IMG/VR virus record: IMGVR_UViG_3300033994_001593
Coordinates: 1-61,906 of that record
Strand: one strand, 5' to 3'
DNA: 61,906 nt
Source of the DNA: a virus
Lineage: Duplodnaviria > Caudoviricetes
Under the pieces are notes generated by a model. The model was not told the DNA's origin, did not search any database, and saw only the letters and a list, made by a program, of their open reading frames with translations. Numbering within the stretch: the stretch's first letter is position 1; every line of letters begins with the position of its first letter. Made by a program: the position numbers and the translations under genes. Positions 55,584-61,906 of the stretch are shown piece after piece.

Positions 55584-55950
55584 TAACCCACTTCCTTCTC
55601 CACATGCGGATCCGCGCGCGGTGTTCCTTGCGGCGGCGCCACCACTTCAAAATCAAGTCCACGATGAGGGGCAGGAGGATCTGGAGGGCGACGATCCAGA
55701 TGGAGCCGAATTGCTTTTCGCCATAGACGAGGGCCATGTGCCGCCTGACGCTCTTGCTGAGATCGAGCATCGCGGCCATCTCGCCGTCGCTGCCGGCCGG
55801 CGAAGCGGAGAGCAACTCATCGGGCCACTCATGGACGGCGGCTGAGACGGCATCGAATACCGCCTCCTTGCCGGCCAAGTTCTTGCGAACTGGTAGCTCC
55901 GACCAGACCCATTCCTGCAATTGCCCGAGCGTCCTGGTTGGCGATGGCAT
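55564..55950 (-). CDS. Hypothetical protein with C-terminal membrane helix
   Basis: IWIVALQILLPLIV followed by a basic tail. Confidence 0.7.
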   Translation of the reverse strand: MPSPTRTLGQLQEWVWSELPVRKNLAGKEAVFDAVSAAVHEWPDELLSASPAGSDGEMAAMLDLSKSVRRHMALVYGEKQFGSIWIVALQILLPLIVDLILKWWRRRKEHRARIRMWRRKWVNGSESE

Positions 55951-55953
55951 TGG

Positions 55954-56085
55954 TCATCGCTCGCAGTTGCATCCGTTCTTGCAGGACTTGCCCGCCTTCT
56001 CTTTCATGCGGCCGAGCTGCATCTTTTCGTAGCCGGCGTTGAGCCTGTCCTTGATGCTCTTTGAGGGTGCCTTCTTCTTCGCCAT
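55954..56085 (-). CDS. Small basic protein
   Basis: GAAGGGAGG RBS; MAKKKAPSK...CKNGCNC. Confidence 0.55.
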   Translation of the reverse strand: MAKKKAPSKSIKDRLNAGYEKMQLGRMKEKAGKSCKNGCNCER

Positions 56086-56148
56086 AGATGTGATCACCTC
56101 CCTTCCATTGGTTAGGGGCCACCGAACGTCTGCTGTGTTTATGGACAC

Positions 56149-56229
56149 AAAAGAACGCGGCCCGACGCGAAGGGAGAGCGTCGGGCCGCGTGGAGGTCGC
56201 ACTAGCTAGGTGCAACCGGCAAGGAGAGG
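56149..56229 (-). ncRNA. Predicted ~80-nt small RNA or leader with anti-RBS loop
   Basis: Promoter upstream; hairpin 56195-56217; 14-bp terminator stem 56155-56191 with loop TCTCCCTTC and a T tract. Confidence 0.55.
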
Positions 56230-56234
56230 CGAAC

Positions 56235-56264
56235 AGTCTCGCGCGGCGAGACGCCTCAATGTCA
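56235..56264 (-). promoter_or_regulatory. Putative late promoter
   Basis: TGACAT-N18-GAGACT; shares AAAACTGCTGACAT with 50445-50458. Confidence 0.6.
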
Positions 56265-56513
56265 GCAGTTTTCTTTGAACATCCGCCTGGGCGGGAGAAG
56301 AGTCGGCGGCGTGTCTGGGTCGAGCATCGTCCCGGCGTAGTGCCAGAACTTCGCCACGCGATTCAGCTCGTCGCGGACGATGCAAAGCCGGTAGTAGTGG
56401 GCCTCGCCGTCACGGCCAATCGTGCCGAATGCCTGAGACGCAGAGAGTCCAGGGAAGAGCGGGTACTTCTCTCCGCAGAGTGGGCCGCCGATGCATTCGT
56501 AGCGTCTTCGCAT
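56262..56513 (-). CDS. Hypothetical protein
   Basis: GGPLCG motif; ATG 7 nt after TAAACT (likely leaderless). Confidence 0.7.
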   Translation of the reverse strand: MRRRYECIGGPLCGEKYPLFPGLSASQAFGTIGRDGEAHYYRLCIVRDELNRVAKFWHYAGTMLDPDTPPTLLPPRRMFKENC

Positions 56514-56520
56514 GACGCCC

Positions 56521-56542
56521 AGTTTATGGGCGCGTCAAGCGC
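56521..56542 (-). promoter_or_regulatory. Conserved promoter motif, copy 2
   Basis: GCGCTTGACGCGCCC-A-TAAACT. Confidence 0.7.
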
Positions 56543-56549
56543 AACAAGG

Positions 56550-56774
56550 CTACTTCCTGACCTTGGGCCTTCCGCAGCCGGGAGACTTCTCAAAAGCGAG
56601 GGCCGACCGCTTGTTGACCAAGTAGTTTCGGCCGAACTTGAAGCCCGCGATCCTGCCCTTGCGGACGAGTTGGCGAACGTATGGCTCTGCGAAGTCAAGC
56701 AGCTTGGCTGCTTCGGGGAGGGTGATCATCTCCTCCAAGTCGATCGGCATCATCTTTCGCTTCTTCTTTGCCAT
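56550..56774 (-). CDS. Excisionase-like HTH DNA-binding protein
   Basis: ITLPEAAKLL...VRQLVRKGRI.G.K.GR.YLV. Confidence 0.85.
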   Translation of the reverse strand: MAKKKRKMMPIDLEEMITLPEAAKLLDFAEPYVRQLVRKGRIAGFKFGRNYLVNKRSALAFEKSPGCGRPKVRK

Positions 56775-56794
56775 GCGGCAAGTATAGGGAACGG

Positions 56795-57295
56795 CTAAAA
56801 CTCGCTGTCAATGTCTGCTTCTTTCAGCGTAGAAATCGGCCGCAAGTCCGACTGCGGGATGTAGTAGGCAGGCCCACGGCCAGACATGTCCCGCCAGTAC
56901 TTCCGCTGCTTCCCCTCCCTGGCGTAGAGCCAGCCGCGGATCTTGCCCACTCCATTGTTCACGCACACCAAGATGTACTTCTTGCTGTCATCGTCGTTGT
57001 TGTTCAGCACCAAATGCCCAGAGTCGTGGGTGGTGGTGCGGACTTGGTAGTCATCGACATCGCCGCCGCGGAACAAGCCTGCCCCGGCCCAGAACTTGTT
57101 GAGGTACTTCGCGACCACGCACTCCCCGACCGAGCCGACTATGTCGAGCTTCTCCGCATCGGCAGACTGCGCCCCGTAGAAGTTCTGCCGCCCCTTCGCT
57201 CGAGCGCTGGCCCGCCTCAAGCTGCCGGCTATGAGGGCGTGGAGGTACTCGGAGTTGTCGAGGGTGACGGTAATGGTGGTGGATGCGGCTTCCAT
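56795..57295 (-). CDS. Hypothetical protein, possible PD-(D/E)xK-like nuclease
   Basis: G..GE..VAKYL...DV...QVRT pattern. Confidence 0.6.
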   Translation of the reverse strand: MEAASTTITVTLDNSEYLHALIAGSLRRASARAKGRQNFYGAQSADAEKLDIVGSVGECVVAKYLNKFWAGAGLFRGGDVDDYQVRTTTHDSGHLVLNNNDDDSKKYILVCVNNGVGKIRGWLYAREGKQRKYWRDMSGRGPAYYIPQSDLRPISTLKEADIDSEF

Positions 57296-57325
57296 GCTTC
57301 CCTGCATTCGCTCAGTAGTGCCGTC

Positions 57326-57455
57326 CTACGCAATTCACTACGCAGTTCAGGCGACCCTACGCAGTTCCGTCCCTCTCTGCGGCGTGTTGTGCAACTATCC
57401 GGAAATTCCTCTGAGTTGCCGTAGAGCGACTTTCGCGATTCGCGATTCGCGAATC
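57326..57455. repeat. Direct repeats CTACGCARTTC x3 and TTCGCGA x3
   Basis: 11-mers at 57326, 57338, 57357; tandem 7-mers at 57432-57452. Confidence 0.8.
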
Positions 57456-57559
57456 TCTCGCACCGTGCCGGATCGTATTGGCAATCCAACAAAAAGCGCG
57501 TTGTTCCCGATATGTCGCGGGGCGAAACATATCGGAATTGATATGTTTCCAGAACGATC

Positions 57560-57778
57560 TCATTGCAACAGGTTGATCAATTCGTAAGGAATAAGATTGC
57601 GAATTTCTTCAACAATCCTCTCTGTCTCGGGCGACGGTTCGCCGTGCTTCAAGATCGCGCGGCAGCGATTGCCGATTAGCTCTAGCGAGATCAGAGCCTC
57701 TTTGGCGGCGAGGGCATATCGATGCTCTCGCTCGTCATCCGGATCGGAGAGGTTGAATTTCAGTGTGGCGTAGGCCAT
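57560..57778 (-). CDS. Hypothetical protein
   Basis: ATLKFNL.DPDD...LKHGE pattern. Confidence 0.7.
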   Translation of the reverse strand: MAYATLKFNLSDPDDEREHRYALAAKEALISLELIGNRCRAILKHGEPSPETERIVEEIRNLIPYELINLLQ

Positions 57779-57789
57779 GTATAGCGAAG

Positions 57790-57972
57790 TTACTGCGGTT
57801 TATCGGAAATCGATAAACCTGAGATGTGGATGAGAAACAGGATCCCGGCCATGAGGGCGACGAGCAGGATCATGCCCGTCTGCACCTTGGCCGCCCGCTC
57901 GAGCATCTCCCGCATGGCGGCCCGACGCTCCTCAATGTCGGCCAGCATCCTTGCCAGCTCACTGCTGTCCAT
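57790..57972 (-). CDS. Small membrane protein
   Basis: AGGAG RBS; C-terminal TM helix. Confidence 0.6.
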   Translation of the reverse strand: MDSSELARMLADIEERRAAMREMLERAAKVQTGMILLVALMAGILFLIHISGLSISDKPQ

Positions 57973-58126
57973 GACTCAACGCTCCTGGTAGTACCGCCGC
58001 AGCCTATAGTCGAGTGGCGACCATGCCTTCTTGATTCGCCGGCAGGCGATTCTGATCTGCAACCCTGTCGGATCGGGGGCGCGAACAGACACGCCGCCAC
58101 GCTTGCCAAGGTTTTCTGCCAGCGAG

Positions 58127-58981
58127 CTAGTTCCCGCAGTAGCCTTCACACTCATCTTGAAATCCACGAAATAGCATTTGGCCGGTACGTTCATGCTCGG
58201 GCCGAAGATCCACTTGCTCGAGCGGGACACACTGACGGTGGAGGAAACGCTGGGCATCTAGGCCGGTGCCGGTGCGGCACACATGGTCGATCTCCACGGC
58301 CCTGGCCCAGCCCTTGGGGTCGTGGTCGCGGAGCAGCCGCCACTCCTCGTCCTTCTTGAATGGGCAGAAGACGCAGGCCGACCGCGGCACGGGGTGCGGC
58401 ACTCGCTCTTTGAGGTAGGCCATGCAGTCGCCGCGGGTCATCTGCATGTCCCAGAGCGGGAATTCGACCTTCCAGTTCTTGGGTTTTGCCAGGAACCGCT
58501 CCTTGACTCGGATCACCCGCTTCGGCTCGTCAAACGACAGGCCCATGTACTGGACGCACACATCGTCCTTGGGGATGCCCTTGCCGGGGGCCGCGCCGAA
58601 GACCATCTGCCGGATAGCCTGCTCAATAGGAACGACCTTGAAGTCCTTCGTGCATTGCCGCTGCACCGCCCCCATTCGACCGTCAGGGTGCTTGGTGAAC
58701 GCCGGGATGGAGATGTAGTGACCGCCGTCACGGCGGGAATTGCCGCTGGCGTCCGTTCCCTTGTCGAGGGCATCGCCCAGCCTGCCGGCCGTCACTCGCA
58801 GGATCGGCGGGCCACCCAGCGAGTCCAGCCAATCAAGGTGCTTGTAAACGTCATCCGGCTCCTCCTGCGTGTCCGCGAAGATAGCCACATCGAACTTGTG
58901 AACCTCACCCTCAAGGGCCATGAGGAACAGGGTGGTCGATTGGACGCCAGCCCCCAGGTTTAAAACGTGCTTTTCAGTCAT
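58127..58981 (-). CDS. PAPS-reductase-like (PP-loop, adenine nucleotide alpha-hydrolase) protein
   Basis: LGAGVQS, FADT, RQCT..FK, SACVFCPF, ECEGYCG. Confidence 0.8.
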   Translation of the reverse strand: MTEKHVLNLGAGVQSTTLFLMALEGEVHKFDVAIFADTQEEPDDVYKHLDWLDSLGGPPILRVTAGRLGDALDKGTDASGNSRRDGGHYISIPAFTKHPDGRMGAVQRQCTKDFKVVPIEQAIRQMVFGAAPGKGIPKDDVCVQYMGLSFDEPKRVIRVKERFLAKPKNWKVEFPLWDMQMTRGDCMAYLKERVPHPVPRSACVFCPFKKDEEWRLLRDHDPKGWARAVEIDHVCRTGTGLDAQRFLHRQCVPLEQVDLRPEHERTGQMLFRGFQDECEGYCGN

Positions 58982-59400
58982 TCCGGCACCCGCAGAGAAT
59001 TGAGCATCGTTCCCATCGGAGAGACAACCATGAACGAGTCTTGCCCCAGCTCGTCCCGCAAGACCATTCCCAAGTGGCGGCCTTGCTCCTCAAGCGACGG
59101 GCCTTCGCTCGGGTGCTTGGGGTAGTTCCGGAAGGTCACCACAAACCCGTCCTCGGCGCCGCCGCGGTAGATGTAGGCCGTGGGCGTCACCGTCACGCAG
59201 CACGGCTGCGAACTGCAATACCGGCGAATGACTTGCTTGGCGTGTTCGATGTCGCCGGCCATGTAGACCGACACCTCAAACGTGTCGCAAAACATCCGCT
59301 GGGTCTTCGCAACCTTGGTGGCCTCGCCATAGACGGCTGGGCCTTTGCCATCGGCCGGTGGCGACTTGCCAACAGTGATGATCCGAGGTTCGTCGTCCAT
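58978..59400 (-). CDS. Hypothetical phage protein
   Basis: CVTVTPT.YIY.GG.E.G...NYP motif; ATGA overlap. Confidence 0.75.
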   Translation of the reverse strand: MDDEPRIITVGKSPPADGKGPAVYGEATKVAKTQRMFCDTFEVSVYMAGDIEHAKQVIRRYCSSQPCCVTVTPTAYIYRGGAEDGFVVTFRNYPKHPSEGPSLEEQGRHLGMVLRDELGQDSFMVVSPMGTMLNSLRVPE

Positions 59401-59402
59401 GC

Positions 59403-59606
59403 TTACCTCTCGAAAGTCATGGTGATTTCTGCCCCCCGGTGCATGAGCCGATCGGCGTCGAGGGTGGCATTGCAGTTCCTCAACGCTCGGATCAGCTCAT
59501 GCTGGACGGCAATGATCCGCTGAAGCCGGGACACCTCGAGCTGGAGCGGGTGGGGCTTCTTGGGCTTGGCCTTCCGGCGGGCCGGCTTCTTGGGAGGCTT
59601 CTTCAT
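59403..59606 (-). CDS. Small basic protein
   Basis: ATGA overlap; Lys-rich N-terminus. Confidence 0.6.
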   Translation of the reverse strand: MKKPPKKPARRKAKPKKPHPLQLEVSRLQRIIAVQHELIRALRNCNATLDADRLMHRGAEITMTFER

Positions 59607-59926
59607 CGGTATCTGACATCCATCCAGAACGTCGGGGCCATGCACCTCTTGCCGCGGAGCTTCAGCCCATTCTTGCCGCTCTTGTAGGAGTCAATGCGGT
59701 GCCACCCGTCATCCTCCGCATCCTCGTCAGTTTTCTCCCTATACGGCGGGGTCACTTCTGAGTACTCGCACAGATGGACTGTGCCGTGCATCATGCGGTT
59801 GACCGGATCCCAGTGCTGCCACAAGCCCAGCACTGTCGTGTTCGTTTCCGGCTTGGTGATCGATGGAATCCACTTGCCATCAAAAATCGGAATTTCAAAA
59901 TCGACCGAAAACTCATAGTCCTCCAT
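59603..59926 (-). CDS. Hypothetical protein
   Basis: ATG after GAAGGGAGAAGGG. Confidence 0.7.
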   Translation of the reverse strand: MEDYEFSVDFEIPIFDGKWIPSITKPETNTTVLGLWQHWDPVNRMMHGTVHLCEYSEVTPPYREKTDEDAEDDGWHRIDSYKSGKNGLKLRGKRCMAPTFWMDVRYR

Positions 59927-59971
59927 ACCCTTCTCCCTTCTTGAGAATAAACCGATTCGATATCGGCTTTC

Positions 59972-61543
59972 CTACCGTTTTACGGGCGTGTCAAGCGCAG
60001 CCACCAGATTTATCCGTTCACCGATCCACCGCATGACAGGAACCGCCATTGAATTGCCCAGAGCCTTGTACCGCGGCCCGTCTGCGGCGGGCTTCTTCCG
60101 GTACTCCACCAGCGTGTAATCGTCGGGGAAGCCCTGGAGACGCTCGCACTCGCGGGGCGTGAGGCGGCGAACGGCCATTGAGGACTCTATTGCGTGAACG
60201 TCGTGGCCGTGCATGGAGTTCAGCGTGTATGACGGCCCGCCAGCCTGGGCAACGGAGTTGCTCTTGCTGCCCTGCATATTGACCATTGGCACCTCGGCGC
60301 CGCAGGCCACCACCGTTGTGGCCCGAGTGTCGCCAGAGTCGAAGCAGCTCATCGTCGGGCTGACCTCACCAGGCACCCATGTCTCGTCATCGGTGTTGCT
60401 CTGGGCGCGTTTGGACTTAGTGAATGCGACCGCCGGAGGGGAGGGAATCCCCAAGCCGCTGCCCACTCGCACCGTTGGCGATGTGCCGTCCTCGAAAACG
60501 TCACCCCCGTGAGAGCCGAGATTGGACTGAAAGGCCACGGCGTCCTGTGCTGGCTGGGCCACCACGTTCGACGGCCTGCTGGGCCTGTTCTCGCCCTCTG
60601 CCCGCAGCGTCCCGGCGATATCGTCTTTCATCCAGAAGCCTGGGCCGCTCTCTCGCATTGAGAGAACCTCTGGGGCCGGCTGGGCCACCACGTTCCTCAA
60701 CTGGAACACGCTGCCCTCGTTGGTGTATGTCCGCTGCTCGTTGTGGCAGATGGCGTGGGCCGGATCGTTGCTGAGAATCAGATGGCCCGCATCTAGATCT
60801 GCGTTGCTCGACCCGCCGTTCTGGCCGGCTCGAGCGACCACCGCCCCGACTACTTCGCCGTTTTGGCCGAGGGCGTTGAGCGGCTGTCCATCGCCGCCGA
60901 CGAAGGTGTATTGCTGCTCCTTCGCACTTGCCCCTCCAGTGCTTGCGCTAAGCGCTCGGGCAACTTGCGCCCCCGGCGTTCCGCGCGACGGAGGATCCCC
61001 GAACACGCTTTCGCGCTCAAAAAGTACCGCTGCTGCACGGCGCCAGTCTCCAAGGTGTGCGACAACGAACACACGACGGCGTCTTTGGGCGACTCCAAAC
61101 CATTGAGCGTCAAGCGTCCGGTAGGCCCACCCGTACCCGAGTTGCTCCAACGCCCCGAGGAAGGTGCCAAAATCCCGTCCTTTTCCACTACTAAGGACGC
61201 CCGGCACGTTTTCCCATACGATCCATTGGGGGCGCATGACTGAAGCAAGCTGAACGAATCGGAGGGCCAAGTTACCACGCGGGTCATCCAAGCCCCCTCG
61301 GAGTCCTGCGACTGAGAAGGATTGGCAGGGCGTTCCTCCGACCAGAAGTTCAACTGCTCCCCGGCCATTGAGCATTTCCTCCGTGATCTTGGTCATGTCG
61401 CCAAGGTTGGGATACCCAAAGTGGTGATCCACAACAGCGATCGGGAACGGCTCGACCTCACTCGTCCATGCACATTCCCAGCCCAGGGGCTTCCAAGCCA
61501 CATGGGCGGCACCGATTCCATCGCATACGCTGGCGTACCTCAC
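59972..61543 (-). CDS. DNA cytosine-5 methyltransferase, alpha polypeptide with long modular variable region
   Basis: CDGIG, GGTPCQ, WENV, QRRRR, RRLTP.ECERLQGF, ALGNS; GTG start 61543. Confidence 0.93.
   Translation of the reverse strand: MRYASVCDGIGAAHVAWKPLGWECAWTSEVEPFPIAVVDHHFGYPNLGDMTKITEEMLNGRGAVELLVGGTPCQSFSVAGLRGGLDDPRGNLALRFVQLASVMRPQWIVWENVPGVLSSGKGRDFGTFLGALEQLGYGWAYRTLDAQWFGVAQRRRRVFVVAHLGDWRRAAAVLFERESVFGDPPSRGTPGAQVARALSASTGGASAKEQQYTFVGGDGQPLNALGQNGEVVGAVVARAGQNGGSSNADLDAGHLILSNDPAHAICHNEQRTYTNEGSVFQLRNVVAQPAPEVLSMRESGPGFWMKDDIAGTLRAEGENRPSRPSNVVAQPAQDAVAFQSNLGSHGGDVFEDGTSPTVRVGSGLGIPSPPAVAFTKSKRAQSNTDDETWVPGEVSPTMSCFDSGDTRATTVVACGAEVPMVNMQGSKSNSVAQAGGPSYTLNSMHGHDVHAIESSMAVRRLTPRECERLQGFPDDYTLVEYRKKPAADGPRYKALGNSMAVPVMRWIGERINLVAALDTPVKR
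59977..59998 (-). promoter_or_regulatory. Conserved promoter motif, copy 3
   Basis: GCGCTTGACACGCCC-G-TAAAAC. Confidence 0.65.
60850..61368 (-). CDS. Nested alternative-frame MTase subunit (M.EcoHK31I beta-like)
   Basis: GGAGG RBS before ATG 61368; SLS..LE...RYFLS.KAC.GILRRA..RG..LP motif; wholly inside the MTase gene. Confidence 0.75.
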   Translation of the reverse strand: MAGEQLNFWSEERPANPSQSQDSEGAWMTRVVTWPSDSFSLLQSCAPNGSYGKTCRASLVVEKDGILAPSSGRWSNSGTGGPTGRLTLNGLESPKDAVVCSLSHTLETGAVQQRYFLSAKACSGILRRAERRGRKLPERLAQALEGQVRRSSNTPSSAAMDSRSTPSAKTAK

Positions 61544-61906
61544 GCCTGTCCAGTATCCGGCTCTGTCAAATGCAACAACGAAAAAACTGGGTGGGCCGGC
61601 CAAAGCCTCCCCGCAGCTCGAGACTGAAGGGGAGGGAACCCGCGGAGATGGCGAGCCGGTTTATCAGTCCGGTGCCGGCCACGGGTACGGTCGCAAGCAT
61701 CCGACCGCAGCTCGCACCGAGGTAGCGATCCCCGGTGTGCCTACACCTACCAGCGGGCCTTGCATTGCCCAGAGTGGGTCTGCCGCAGGGGGTGCCTGTT
61801 CAAGCGTATAGGCTCGCCTCTGACGGGTCAACCGCGGCGGGGGTGTCGAGATAGCCTCGGGGGCCGAACGGGCGGCAGAGGGCCAGCCAGGAGGCCCATT
61901 TGCAAA

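Larger units (their letters stand above)
1..61906. mobile_element. Temperate tailed bacteriophage genome (Caudoviricetes, podovirus-like), complete or near complete
   Basis: TerL, portal, major capsid, scaffold, tail fibres, integrase, ERF/exonuclease and helicase present; no host housekeeping genes; no terminal repeat seen between window ends. Confidence 0.93.

Noticed and set aside
18935-55586. Many long + strand ORFs (e.g. 20447..21613, 24432..25724, 36328..37542)
   Set aside because: Antisense shadows of high-GC - strand genes; no motifs recognised
57976-58257. 93-aa ORF overlapping the PAPS-reductase-like gene
   Set aside because: Start is unclear and much of it overlaps the upstream gene; a shorter gene may exist but could not be delimited
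61600-61906. Terminal repeat or terminator at the right end
   Set aside because: No match to the left end and no clean stem with a U-tract found by eye

Overview
The window looks like a complete or nearly complete ~62 kb, high-GC temperate tailed-phage genome with podovirus-like architecture (portal, adaptor, large nozzle-like protein, fibres and internal/ejection proteins; no tape measure, tail tube or sheath seen). A Planctomycetota-like host is a weak inference only. Layout: (1) ~1-7 kb early region, mostly + strand: small hypotheticals, ASCH protein, LexA-like DNA-binding protein, serine recombinase. (2) ~7-16.8 kb - strand: sigma factor, papain-like protease with small membrane proteins, DUF3310, Holliday-junction resolvase, HNH, SF2 helicase, ERF, exonuclease VIII-like. 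(3) + strand tyrosine integrase next to a tRNA(CAT)-like attP candidate lying inside the exonuclease ORF. (4) ~17.8-56.1 kb - strand virion/packaging operon that includes a C5 DNA methyltransferase. (5) ~56.2-61.6 kb - strand accessory and DNA-modification genes, including a C5 MTase with a nested alternative-frame subunit. Most unusual signals: a predicted ~80-nt late small RNA whose terminator loop (UCUCCCUUC) is the exact complement of the GAAGGGAGA motif in front of many early/middle start codons; an attP candidate that would cut off the start of the recombination/replication operon on integration; shared short peptide tags on late proteins (DIIR, MAPNP, LGGLM), one of them on a methyltransferase; and a 1.66 kb left end with no CCTC/GAGG. 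All calls come from reading motifs by eye; no database searches or folding programs were run.
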